Assembly: GCA_030704615.1 (NCBI GenBank)
Contig: CM060733.1
Span: 72,230,001-72,294,000 of the forward strand
Reading direction: 5' to 3'
DNA: 64,000 bases
Source of the DNA: Takakia lepidozioides
Taxonomy: Eukaryota > Plantae > Bryophyta
Part shown: piece by piece, positions 50,838-63,587 of the stretch
How the letters are laid out: each line of letters begins with the position of its first letter
How positions within the stretch are numbered: position 1 is the first letter of the stretch
The notes under the pieces: model-generated
What the model was told of the DNA's origin: nothing
What the model saw: only the letters and a program-made list of their open reading frames with translations
The model's database searches: none
Position numbers and translations under genes: made by a program

Positions 50838-51059
50838 GTAAGTTCAAACTGCTTAAACTGCTTAAATCGTTTGCTCCCCACCTTGAATTCTATATTTGTA
50901 GACATTTCGGGAGATTGAACACTAGTCCTTACCACCCAATGCACCTTCCTCGGACTTTTCTTGAAAATGCATGTAATAGTCGTCAAATACCCTTGTAGTC
51001 GGTATGGATTGTCTACAAAGATATAGTCGGTGCCGACTATGTCTCAGGGTTGCCTACTG

Positions 51060-52880
51060 TCGTGTCTGACAGCTTGGATAAAATCCCAACTGACTTACTC
51101 CAATTTACTTTGAGACCTGATACTTCGCAAAAAGTGGATAGGGAGCCTAGGGTCCGAGAAACATTACCAGAAGAGTTGTTGTTGATGAGAAGAGTTGTAT
51201 CATCAGCGTACATCGAGTTTTTGATACTGTAAGTAGGTGGGGGGGGGGGGGGGGGGGGGGTTGTGGTGGGACCCTGAGACCTAAGATATCTTCCTGGGCT
51301 TGCGGTAGGTGACCCAAACCGTCAACTGCAATAAGGAATAGGAAAGGTGAAAGAGGGCATCCTTGTCTAATTGAGCGAAAGAGATGGAAAGGTTTGGAAA
51401 GAGCCCCATTTACCATGGTTTTACTGCTGGCTGAGGTGAGGAGAATTTTGATCCAGGATAGGAAATCTCCCGAGATCCCACATTTTTTGATAGCAAAGAA
51501 GAGGTAGTCCCATCCAATGTTGTCAAAGGCTTTTTCAAAATCAAGCATTAGAAGAGCCAATGGCTGGCTGGAGAGCTTAGCATGATGCAGGGCCTCATTG
51601 ACCAGCAAAATATTGTCTAGAATCATTCTCTTCTTAATAAAGCCCGTTTGCTCCGGTCGAATGAACTTGTCCATGAGAGGCTGAAGCCGGAGGGAGAGGG
51701 CATTAGCAATTATCTTATAGACTGAGTTCAAAAGAGTGATCGGTCTATAGTTCTTGATGTCATCTCGATTCCCTTTCTTAAAAATTAGGGTAATGACCCC
51801 CTGTGAAAGCTGGGATGGCATAACGCCTTTCCTGAGAATGTCATTTGTCATAGCCAAAAAGTCCTCGCTAATTTCCTGCCACATGACCTTAAAGAATTCA
51901 ACCGGCAATCCATCCAATCCTGGCGATTTGAAAGAGCCAAGCTTATCTAACGCATCCTCTAGTTTCGAGGCCGATAAAGGTGCCGAGAGGGACAACAATT
52001 CCTCTGCTACGACCAGCGAAGGAAATGAATCCAAAACCGCTTGCTTTGAGATCGAATGCTGCAAGTTAGATATAGGCTTGCTAAACAGGTCTGAGAAATA
52101 AGAGACTGCAAAAGAGGTCATGGATTTTGGGGTCAGAATATGTTTCACCTCCAAGGCCAGTAAGGAGCTGATCGTGGTGGCATCCCGACGTTGCTTAGCC
52201 TTCGGAAGAAGTAATGCGACATCTTTTCGCCTTTTAAAGACCAATTGATGCTTGCTTTCCTACGAAGGGAATCCTCTTTGACTCTAAGGAGGTCAGCGAT
52301 GTTACGTTTTGCCAGGTTAAAAGAAGACATAGTCTGAGGACCCGCCCAGTTTGTTTCAATTGTCTTCTGACATTGGGCCAGACATTTAAGAAGAGATTTC
52401 TCCCTATTGTTCCTCTCTTTCGCAAAGGAAGAGGCCAAGGAACTGGCTACTTTTCTCACCGCTGCCAATTTTCGAACGAATCTAAGGGATGGGAAAGAAA
52501 AATCATTATCAGAGGCCCGCCAGGTATTTTTGATTTGCTGTTGGAAGGAGGTGATTTTCAGAAAGGCAAGGTTAAGCCTGAAAAATCCGCCCCTTTTAGA
52601 AATCGCTCCAGGGACTGAGAAGGACACCGATACACTGTCATGATCAAAATTTGGAAGAATCGGGCCTTAGACCTGAGGCCTAGCCCAAATGAGGGGGGTG
52701 GGAGAACAATACACCCTATCTAAACGAGCCATATGCAAATCCGGTGGCTGGCGGTTGTTAGACCAAGTAAAACGGAGCCCACGATTGTTTTCCTCCAGCA
52801 CGTCAACCAGCCCAACAGCAAAGCAGAATGACTCCCATGCGTCAGCCTCTTCCAAAGATAAGCAGAAAGCGGAATTGTCT
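51060..52880 (-). pseudogene. LINE ORF2 endonuclease C-terminus and reverse transcriptase
   Basis: FTWSN..ARLDRVY, KSPGLDGLPVEFF, NYRPITLLN, LDFEKAFD, RQGCPLSP, MYADDTTL and SGLKVNWSKS. Confidence 0.93.
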
Positions 52881-52884
52881 GCCT

Positions 52885-54771
52885 CCCATTGCCTGCCTTG
52901 GGGTCAAAACCTCAATCTTCGCTGGTTACAGGATAGAGAATCACATGTCCTTCTTGGATATCAGATTGGGCACGGCTTCACTAATCTTCAAAGATGTGAG
53001 CCTATGCTTGCAAAGTTGAAAAGGAATAAAGCCTATTGGAGCTCGTTGCATCTCTCTATTGTGGGGAGAGCCTTGGTGGCAAACCAGGTTCTTCTGGCCT
53101 CCAATTGGTTTGCTTCGGCAATCTGGTCCCCTGGAAAAGCCACAATAAAAAAAATTAAGTCTTTGATTCGGAATTTTATATGGGGAGCGTTGCAGGACAG
53201 ACCAAACCGACGGGCGCTTGTCAGCTGGGCGCAGATCACCCTAAAAAAGAAACATGGAGGCCTCGACATCCTGGATCCGGAGACTCAAATATGCGCTCTC
53301 CTCGCTTAATGGGTTCCTCGTTTGTTTTGCAACCTTTCTGCTCCTTGGAGCATTCTGGTAAGACAGCATGTCATTAACGCGCGCCTCTCCTCCTCTCCGT
53401 TGTGGCCTCCCTCCTTGAAATGGGTGGTGCAAGGAGGTTATTCGAACAAATCCCGTTTGATGGGCTCGGAAGCATGGAAATCTATTTGGGAGGCTTGGGT
53501 CAAAATGCGAGCTCATCTCTTTCAAAGAAGGCCGATCATTTTCGAGGAGGCTTCCAGGGAACCCCTCTTTGGAAACAACAACAAGAACTCGGAAGTTTTC
53601 CAAAAATGCTCGAAACAATGGGCTCTTTGGGATGCAACCAATGTTAGCCACTTCTCTCACATATGGGAAAATGGAGCGCTCCTCAGCAGATCTATAGCCA
53701 CCCCTAGCCTCTCATCCAGGAGATCCATTGCAGGCTGGGACTCGCTCGTTCAAGATCTGCCTTCAGACTGGATTTCCCTGGTTCCTTTCCTGTCAACATC
53801 AGATCCCTGCCAGCTTGGATGGGAGCAAAGTGCAGTCAGGGTTGATTGCCTGTTATGCTACTTCAAGATCTGGAGACCGCCTCCACGGATGGAGCTTCTA
53901 GGTTATGGAATCGGGCACTCTTTTCTCCCCTGTGCAATGTCATCTTCAAGAGAATCTTTGTTATGCCATTCGGGTTATTTGCATGGCGACAGGAGAGGCC
54001 AACCCTTCGTTGGATCAGGGCAGACACACTAACCCGTTTCTTAATTGGTTCCTTCGTGCTCCAATTTCTCTCCTGCAATTCGATCCAGGCGAATGGTCCT
54101 GGAAGGACAAAAAACATACCTTTTTTTTCAAATACACGGTGAAACTTGGGGCTTCCGTTCTCAATCCCTCCTGTCCTTTGGATTCAAAATGGACCCTGAA
54201 ATGGTCTCACCTCACTGATTGCCCTTCTTCCTGGTCTTGTGTTTGGAAGGATGTTTGGGGAAAAGACATGGCTTCTAAAATCAGTGGCTTCTTATGGAAA
54301 TTGGTCAATAGAATCCTTCCTATGAAGGCCCACCCTATAGCGGCAGTTGCTTGGGTGCAAATTTTGGCTTTCTATAGTCAATGGAAACAGATTCCCATGC
54401 CTTGCCCGTCCATTCTGCTTCTCAATTTCTCTAGTGGTCATTTGTGGACGGATTGCCCTATCTGGGCTGCACTAAGAGCCCATACCTTATGGCAAATCTG
54501 GAAGGCTAGATGTGCCAATGTCTTTGTCACAAGATCATGCAGTGTAAGAGTGATTCTTTGTGTGGTTCACTCAGACCTGTTGTCTAAGGCCCGCAAGGCG
54601 TGGCGGGTGTTGGGGGTAGCTCTTCGCATGTGTGACGGCAGAAGAGGGAGTCAGCTTCTCGCCAACTTCAACAGCACTTGGGAAAAGGGAGCCACCATCT
54701 GCTCTAGAGACCCAACGGGGATTGGAATTTGCTGGAACGACTCCATCCCTCCAAGCTGGGAGCTCCTTTAG
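52885..54771 (+). pseudogene. LINE ORF2 C-terminal portion
   Basis: LLGYQIG, LSIVGRALVANQVLLAS, RNFIWG..VSW..KKHGGLDILD, FLWKLVNRILP and LWQIWKARC. Confidence 0.88.
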
Positions 54772-55249
54772 CTCCCATCCTTCACCGGCTGAGATAGAAG
54801 AATCGGAAGTGTATTGTAGACACCTGCGTTCTCCTAGGAAAACTAGATCTAGGACCCAGCTATCTTTTGTTCCTTACAAAAGAAAACGCGGGAGCTATTG
54901 ACTGTTTGCTGCTTTTAGGCTATTTGCTTTCGTTTATGAGCTTGAGCCCTATGCTTCTACCGCTGGTTCTCGTTGGGTGGCTCTTATGGTTACATGACAG
55001 ATTCCTCACCTGATAACCTTAAATCTCTTCGTCTCTCTTCCTTGAGATCGTAGAACATTCAGTATGTTTTTTTCGCTTTTCCTTGTAGTTGGTTACGAAG
55101 GGTCTTCCTGGATCAGCCTCCATGGCACTTTTGAGAGAGGTTATTTTTCCCTCTTTGTAACTTCCTGGACACTTCGTCCCCATGATATAAAGTTTCAGGG
55201 CTACTATCCCCTTTCTAAAAAATTTTTAATTGATTATTTTAATTGTTTT

Positions 55250-55540
55250 TAAAAATCGACCTCTGACTAGGATGCGCACGTCCTGTATTCTCACATTGCA
55301 GGAGTTTTTGAAATATTTATCTTATTTTCATTTTCCTTCCATTTTTGAAAGAAGCATTGTCCAACTGATGGACGCGCTACGCTCAGGCTATTTTCTCAGC
55401 ATTACATGAGTTTTTTAAATTAATAAAAGAAGCGGCCGTCAATTGTGCGGTCACATTTTTTTATTTATAAAACAGAATATTTTGATTTTTTTAAACAAAT
55501 TAAAAACAAATCGACCTCTGACTTGGACGCGCACGTCCTA
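55250..55540 (-). repeat. Family S repeat, inverted orientation
   Basis: AATCGACCTCTGACTAGGATGCGC and GCGGCCGTCAATTGTGCGGTC are reverse complements of the 20505-21225 markers. Confidence 0.92.
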
Positions 55541-55989
55541 TAGCCCATTTCCAGTCCTTCTCTGAAACATTGGACTTGCTTTTCGCATAACCAATTCTCC
55601 CACTGAAGTCTCCCACTAGGAGGAGCCTTACTCAATTGTTGTTGACATACTTTTCAATTTGTCAGTCCTGAGTTTTTTCTCTGAGGTTTTCCTCCATTTT
55701 CCCTCTAAGCTCTACGACTTTTCTGCACTAAATTTTCATTTTCATACTTCTCATCTTTGGCCCTAGTTTAAGAGGAAATTTCACATGTCATTTTTCATTT
55801 TTCAAATTTTAAGCAATTTTCATTTCTTTTTGTTTTTATTTGGTGGTCTGACTTTTTACTCTCTCATGTTTTCTTCAGATCCATTTTCTCCCATGAGATC
55901 CAGGCGCTTCCCAAAAGTCGTTATATAACGCCATTTTCTTTCCAAATCTCATAGTGTGTACTTTTTTTTTTTTTTTTTTGACAATTTTG

Positions 55990-57700
55990 GATTTTGGATT
56001 GACATAGCTTTTTTATAGTACCTTGTTTTTTATGTTAGCATTACCCCTAACCCTTACCCTTTTCTGCAAATGGCCCATGAACTATTCATACCATAACCAT
56101 AGCTATAACCAGAACCATTATGGTTATTGAAATGTCTTCTCCCTTCACATTTGCGCTAGTTTTTTCCTTTGTTTTGGATTGACAAGCATTTAGGCATGTT
56201 ACAGTTTGCTTTCTATGTTACATCTTAATAGGTCCAGGTTCCAACGACGAGTCTTTCATTTAAATACTTGTCCATAATATTAGGTTCTTCATTTTTTTTT
56301 TGCTTACTAGTACCCTACTGACAACACTAAATTCTAGCGAAGTCTGGAGTTTTCCATAAGTGTTTGTCTATTTTGTAACTTAAACCCTTACCCTAAACCC
56401 TTACCCTAAACCCTTACTAGAAAACCTAAACATTTACCCTTAACCCAATACCCCATAACCCTGTCCCTTCCTTTTGCAAATGTGAATCAACTATCCATAC
56501 CATAACCATAACCATTTTGGTTATCCAAATCTCTTCAATGTATCCAAATTTCCATTTTGTACCTACTAACACACACTAAGTTGTAGCGAGTGCGAGTCTT
56601 CCGGCATGCATACTCACCATTTCTGCCTTCAACCCAAGCCCTAAACCCTCGTCGAAAACCCTACGCAAAACCCTACGCCATTGTTATGTCTAAACCCTTA
56701 CCCTTCCCCTGCAACTGGGAATGAAGTATCCATACCATAACCATAACTATTTATGGTTATTCAAATCTCTTCGCCCTTCACCTCGCGCAAGGTTTTGCCT
56801 TTGGTTTGGATTGACATGCACTTACCTTTTTTATCGAACTTTGCTTTCTATGTATCTTAATACCAGGTTCCAAGGACGAGTCTTTCATTTAAATACTTGT
56901 CCGATGCAATGACTACACTTCCATAATATTAGGTTCTTCATTTTTATTGTGCTTAGTACTACAGACTTACTAACAACACTAAGTTGTAACGAGTGCGAGT
57001 CTTCCGACATGTATGCTCACCATTTCTGCCTTCAACCCAAACCCTAAACCCTCGACGGGAACCCTAAACAAAACCCTACGCCATTGTTATGTCTAAACCC
57101 TGACCCTTCCCCTGCAAATGGGAATGAAGTATCCATACCATAACCATATGTATCTTAATACCAGGTTCCAAGGACGAATCCTCAATCTAAATACTTCTCC
57201 GGCCCAATGACTCTTCCATAATATTTGTTTCTCCATTTTTTATTTTATTTTTTATCCTACTAACACACACCAAGTTCTAGCGACGGTGAGTCTTCCATAT
57301 TTGTTTGTCCAATAGTGTTTTTAAACCCAAACCAAAAACCCTACCTTTACCATCACCCCTAAACTATCTTACCATAAACCAATAACTTTAGTGTACTACC
57401 CTAGTTACACTCCCAACCTTATTGTACTACCATGTTACATCTTCTCAATGTTTCATGCTCTTTTAATATTTTCTTTTGTTGGATAAGGTATGATAGAATG
57501 ATTACAGGGATATCAAATTCATCAACCATTTCTTAATTCTACCAAGTGTGAGTCCATCATATTTGTTTGTCCTTTTGTACCCTAAATCCAAACCCTAAAC
57601 CCTTACCATTACTGTAAACCCAAACCTTATTACACTTCTCTCTAGTTACACCCCAAACCTTATTGTAGTACCTTAGTACCTCTTCCGAATGTTACATGCT
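55990..57700 (+). repeat. AT-rich degenerate tandem array (230-420-bp periods) with telobox-like AAACCCT runs
   Basis: CATACCATAACCATA at ~56086, 56496, 56731 and 57134; GGTTCCAA.GACGA at ~56238, 56866 and 57164. Confidence 0.75.
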
Positions 57701-57769
57701 ATTCTAATATTTTACTGCCCTTGTCATATCCAAAACATGATTCATTCCAATGACGTGGTATGTGAACAT

Positions 57770-58205
57770 TGGTGGACGCGCTACACTCAAGCTATTTTCT
57801 CAGCATTGCATGAGTTTTTTAAATTAAAAAAAGAAGCGGCCATCAATTATGCGGTCAATTTATTTTCTATTTATTAAAAAAATATTTAAAAAAAAATCGA
57901 CCTCTGACTAGGATGCGCGCGTCCTGTATTCTCACATGAGTTTTTGAAATATTTATCTTATTTTCATTTTTCTTCGCTTTTGGAAAGGAGAATCGTCCAA
58001 CCAATGGACGCGCTACGCTCAGGCTATTTTCTCAGCATTGCATGAATTTTTTAAATTAAAAAAAGAAGCGGTCGTCAATTGTGCGGTCACTTTATTTTTT
58101 ATATATATATATAATTATTTTTAAGCAAATCGACCTCCGACCAGGATGCGCGCGTCCCGTATTCTCACATTGCAGGAGTTTTTGAAATTAAAAGAAGAAG
58201 CGACC
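57770..58205 (-). repeat. Family S repeat, inverted orientation, about 1.7 units
   Basis: Same inverted markers as 55250-55540. Confidence 0.92.
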
Positions 58206-58709
58206 ATCAAGAATGGTGTTCTTTTGTGATAGTTCTGCGCACTACGTGTCTTTGTGCACAGTATAAACCGCACGCTTCGCTTATCACTAATCCCTCCCGC
58301 TTACTCCTAATCATACTGATGTTTACACTACAAACCTCACTAATCTACGGCCAACCCACTAATCAGGCTGCCCGATCTCTGATCGTCTCCAATTGCTTTA
58401 GACAAGAATCGGTGAGGCATCGTAGTCATTGCACTCTGGTGCAGCTTCCAAACTCACCTAGTTCAATTTCAGTCTAATCATATGCTATGATGTAGATGTG
58501 TTTTGAAGCGGCCTATCTGATTCTAACAAGGAGCCATCCAATCTTTGTTCTATGGTTTGTCTAGGAGCTTCTCACAGAGTTCGTGCAACAACATGGCAAT
58601 AAGTTCAAAGAAACAACACAACATGTCACTTCGGACGTCAGCCGTCGGCCGTCACGTCTAAACGTGCCTGGAGGTTTCTGGAGGAACAATAAACACAACC
58701 AGCTGGAGG

Positions 58710-59480
58710 CTGGAGCCATGGTGCTGTTGGAGATGATGACGGCCGCCATCATTTTGCGATGAGTGTGGCTCTCAACGAGTTATGTTATATTTATGTGAGT
58801 AGGCCTGGGGAACATGTTGGTGCGTGGAGTTCCTGAAATGTGCCATCGGGATGCACCTCGATCCTGCAAGGTGGAAGCCCAGGTGGTGGGGTCATCTACA
58901 TATTTATCCAAGTGGACATGGGATCTTCATGCAAACCAAGAGGCGATGGTCACTGGAGCCATGGTGTTGTTGGAGATGATGACGGCCGCCATGAGGAGCT
59001 ATATTATGGAAAGTGGACGTGGACGATACAAACGCACATTGCGTTTTGCGATGAGTGTGACTCTCAACGAATTATGTTATATTTATGAGGAGATTCTTGT
59101 CTTGCCGTGTTTGAAGATACAAGGAAAGCCTTGATGACATCTTTGACATCATGGAGTTCAATGGGTACCCACTTTCAATTTGGAGCCTATTTCCAACTTT
59201 GTTGGGCACCATGAGGCTGGTGTGGCAATGCAAATTGTAGGCCTGGTGTTGTTGGAGATGATGACGGCCGCCATGAGGAGCTGTATTATGTGAATTACGA
59301 GTATGTGGAAAGTGGACGTGGACGATACAAACGCACATTGCGTTTTGCGATGAGTGTGACTCTCAACGAATCATGTTATATTTATGAGGAGATTCTTGTT
59401 TTGCCGTGTTTGAAGACACAAGGAAAGCGTTCCGCAGACTGTCGATGACATCTTTGACGTCATGGAGTTCAATGGGTACA
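58710..59480 (+). repeat. Three-copy tandem repeat (~245-300 bp)
   Basis: TGTTGGAGATGATGACGGCCGCCAT and GCGATGAGTGTG.CTCTCAACGA each occur three times. Confidence 0.85.
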
Positions 59481-61944
59481 ACAAGTCCACATTCAATTGT
59501 GTGAACCTTGAAATTTGTGTCCAGCGTCCTTGCACGCAGAAGGCAACGTAAGTTGCACAGAAAGTCGGAGTGATTCCATCATACTGTGCAATCTATCGTT
59601 AGGCATGCAAGCCGAGTAATCAGAAGAAGTGCACTGGTTCCAACAAGTGGAAGCCATCCGGTCACTTTATTTTCTTTTTATAAAACTATGAAGCGGCCGG
59701 TACCGTACTGACCTAGCTTATTAGGCAATATTAATTCAAAATCAAGTGCCTCATTAGATTTAGAAGTTTTTAGGAAAATGTGCCTAAAACTTGGAAAAAA
59801 ATCCTGAGAAGTGCCTAATTGCTCGAATATTGTGAAAAAAAAAACCAAAATGTCCAAATATGTGAAAAACAAATGTCTAAATTATATTATTTAAAGTCCA
59901 AAAATAGAAAAAATGCTTATAATTTTATATCCACACAACTTCGAAAGGGCCATGCATTCATGCAACTACATCTTCATAACTCTCATCACCTATCTCATGT
60001 GAATCTTCTGAATCTGAGAGAATGTTAAGGTCAGGAACATCATCATCCTCGATATGCATATTTGCAAGACATCGGCTCATGCTGTCAATCACATATCAAA
60101 CATTATGTTTTTTTAAGGAGAAAATTACCTCAACAATAGTTTCTGAGAGAGGTAAAAAATATTTGTTGAGATAATATCAATTTTCAATACCATTATGTTT
60201 CTTTACAAGAAAATTACCTCAACAATAGTTTTTGAGGGAGGTAAAAAATACTTGTTCAGCATTATCCAGGGTCGACTGTAATACATGCCTAATGTTTGGA
60301 AATTACCTAGGTGAGGCGCCTAAATAATAAAAACGAATCTGCATTTAAAATTCATTAAAATTCGATTTAATTCATAATTGGTTGAGGAGTGAGTGCGCCG
60401 TTGGGGAGGCAAATGTTTTTTTTTTTTTTTTTCTATTGAATCTTTGCACGTGTGTTACACATATATTCAAGCATATGCGGGCTAAAGTTGAGCTTGAACC
60501 ACATCCGTTCATGGGTGCAATAGCCAGTCACCCATGAGAGGATTTTTTCTTACAATGAACAAATTGGATGAGAGTGTGAACTTGTCCTTGGGGGCCAAAT
60601 GAATATGTTTTGTTTTGAAAGAGAAGACTCCGGTTGAGGCCGGCATAACTAAGAGCCACTTCGCCTTGCGGCTACTACCCCTTTTCCAGGGGTGGGCCCT
60701 GTAATAAAACAAAAAATTGGATTTAGCATGACTATGATTGCGGTTTTTTGTTACATAATGATTTTGTTTTTGGCTCAATTTTGTTTTGTGAATTCCAACC
60801 CCATAGTGCTACATCCATGCAAAAATTCGGACCAAACAAAAATGGAAAAAATAAAATAAAATAAGTGTTTTCTTGGGTCACTATTGCAGAACTCTCTATG
60901 AAGAGTGCATGAAGATGAATTCAAATCAACTTTGGAGTGCAAATGAGGGCAAAAAATATGGTTTTGGGTGCAGATGACTTTTTCTCACTCCCAAATTTTG
61001 CACGCACATTGCATATGCTATCATTAAGCATATGGTTGAAAAATGGAGTTAAAAAAAATTCATGTGTAGGCGAAACACAGCTTTCCGTCTCCACAACGTG
61101 TGTGTCCATTCAAAGGGCGAACGAACAGTTGACCATCCTCCTGATTTTTGTTTACTCTCAAACTTTGCGAGTATGTTCAGTATACCATCTGATAGGTCTC
61201 AGACAAATATGACATCAATCGAAATTCATTCAAAGGACGATCAAATCGTCGCCCATCCAAATGATTTTTGTTTGCTTTGAATGTCGCGCACCTCACTTCG
61301 GTAAACCCCCCCTAGGTCATAGTTACTCGCTTTGGTGCGCGCGTCAACTCCCAAACTAGCCGCCGGACCAACCCGGAGCTTTGGCTGCTCACCGGGGCAT
61401 AACGGTCCCCTTCCTCCCCCTCGGGACCCTCGAGGTATCGGGCCCAGTGGAATTTCCTTTTGGTAGTTAGCAATCTTGAATAGCTCCCCACACCTTAGTC
61501 GCTTTCCGGAGAGGCACGTTTACTCTCTAGCGTTTGGTCACATAACTGGAGAGTTGATTGAAATTTTGTCTTCTGCAGAGGATTAGGGTTTAGTCTTACA
61601 ATGTGGCCCCCGTGAATGCTCATGGACCTCTCTTTGTCCATAATTTATGAGGCCTCAATGTTGATGGGATTCATTTGCAATGCTTACAATCTAGACTGGT
61701 TCTGAAATCTGCACTCTTACAAGCAGCATTGGAATTCTGAACTACAGCGACATTGGGTTATGCTTCCACAGATGATGTCTTTTGAAGATGACATCAGGTT
61801 GATATTTGAATGAGGTTAATGTTTGGCGTTGTTTGCGAATGATCCGACAAGAAATTCCGGATGTCCTAACTTGGAATAGTAAGCCTCTGCCACTGTGGTG
61901 GGGGACAGTGGTAGTAGTAGGGAAGGGTGCTGAAGCACCCTTGA

Positions 61945-63312
61945 GTGCCAAAGGCATTCCGTGACACCCTCAACCCTATTCCCGCGGACACTCATTTCTG
62001 GAAAATAGTCCTGCTCATGTTTTTTTCGACACTTACGACTCTGCTCATGGCTCATGAAATAGCAGCCCCCTCCACAGGGTATAGTTTGAAATCTGCCACC
62101 GAAGTCCATCCCCCGGATGAAAATTCGACGCCGCATTTACATCGAAGGGGGCATGGACTTCTTCATCTTGAGTGGCTATAGGCCCACCTGGCACTTACTG
62201 CCCATAGTTTGCATGGCAGGGAAGGAAACTGAAACGGCTACATACATGGAGTAGCCAATCTTCATCCGTGCAGGTTCCTGTAGGGGGGAAATTTAAATGT
62301 GCCCTGGAGTGTTTGTGAGGAATTGCAGCGTTTGCTTGAACTTCTTCCAGCCACCGCGCTGCTGCCTCTGTCATTGAGCGTACTCCGCTAATCTTTTTCA
62401 AGGATGCCCTGCCGCCGAAATCCTGCTGACTGCCCTTATCATGGCAACAATTATGCTATGTTCAAACCAGAATCAGGAGACATCATTGTCTGGCTCTCTG
62501 TTTTCACTGACGCTTGTGGAATCAAGCGGGAGTCTTTGCGCGCAATGGAGTATTTGGAGGGCTATTACCGCTTTGAGCGAGGTGAGGGCGAGGGTCAATG
62601 CGGTCCGTGGGTCCTGAAAATTGTTGACCTCAATATACCAAGGTGGAATGGGATGCCGGACAGATCACGCACGGCCTCGCTTTGGCGCTGGAACTGCTGC
62701 CAGTGGACCAGGGAGGACGGCACCGGGGAAAACTATATTCGTGGAGTTCACTCCGCTCTTCCAGTGTATGGAGACATTCGGCTGAGTTGCGAAGACGAAT
62801 CGCACGGGCACATGAGGCCCACAGTGACCTTGTCAATGTATGATGGTGGTATCATTGATGGGCATGACATTGTCGTCAGCTCCACCAAGGGCACCAGAAC
62901 GACCGCATTGCAGTTTACCGAGGGTCAATGCGGTCCGTGGGTCCTGAAAATTGTTGACCTCGATATACCAAGGTGGAATGGGATGCCGGACAGATCACGC
63001 ACGGCCTCGCTTTGGCGCTGAAACTGCTGCCAGTGGACCAGGGAGGACGGCACTGGGGAAAACTATATTCGTGGGGTTCACTCCGCTCTTCTAGTGTATG
63101 GAGACATTCGGCTGAGTTGCGAAGACGAATCGCACGGGCACATGAGGCCCACAGTGACCTTGTCAATGTATGATGGTGGTATCATTGATGGGCATGACAT
63201 TGGCGTCAACTCCACCAAGGGCACCAGAACGACCGCATTGCAGTTTACCTCCAGGTGCCGCATCAGTAATGAGCTGGTTTTGAGGGCTATCAAAGTTCCG
63301 TCGACTTGGTGA
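61945..63312 (+). pseudogene. Unidentified decayed coding sequence with an in-frame 330-bp tandem duplication
   Basis: ORFs 61945-62181, 62404-63021 and 63094-63312 share one frame; copies at 62589-62918 and 62919-63248; the second copy has TGG>TGA at 63019-63021. Confidence 0.45.
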
Positions 63313-63587
63313 CGCCCATGTAGAAAGAGGAAGGGCTTAGATTTGTCTGGAGTTGCTAAATGTGAGACACCGTGTTCGATCAATAAAACAACCCATCGTA
63401 CCTCACTTCTGTGTGCTCTGTTTCAATGTATTCAAGAACTGCCGTAATTGGCCCACTGTTTACAATTTGTGGTCTCATTTCTACAATGTGCCTGTCCACA
63501 TGAATATACCAGAGTCAGCGATATCAGAGTCCTGAGGTGAAGGAAATCCATGTATGAGTAAAAGGAAACATGTACATGCTGAAGCTC

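Larger units (their letters stand above)
51055..55222. mobile_element. 5'-truncated L1-type LINE with an inverted 5' segment
   Basis: Minus segment 52885->51055 covers EN C-terminus through RT; plus segment 52885->55222 covers RT thumb, zf-RVT-like region, 3' UTR and a short A-tail. Confidence 0.85.

Noticed and set aside
55990-57700. Interstitial telomere
   Set aside because: AAACCCT units are short, degenerate and embedded in larger repeat units.
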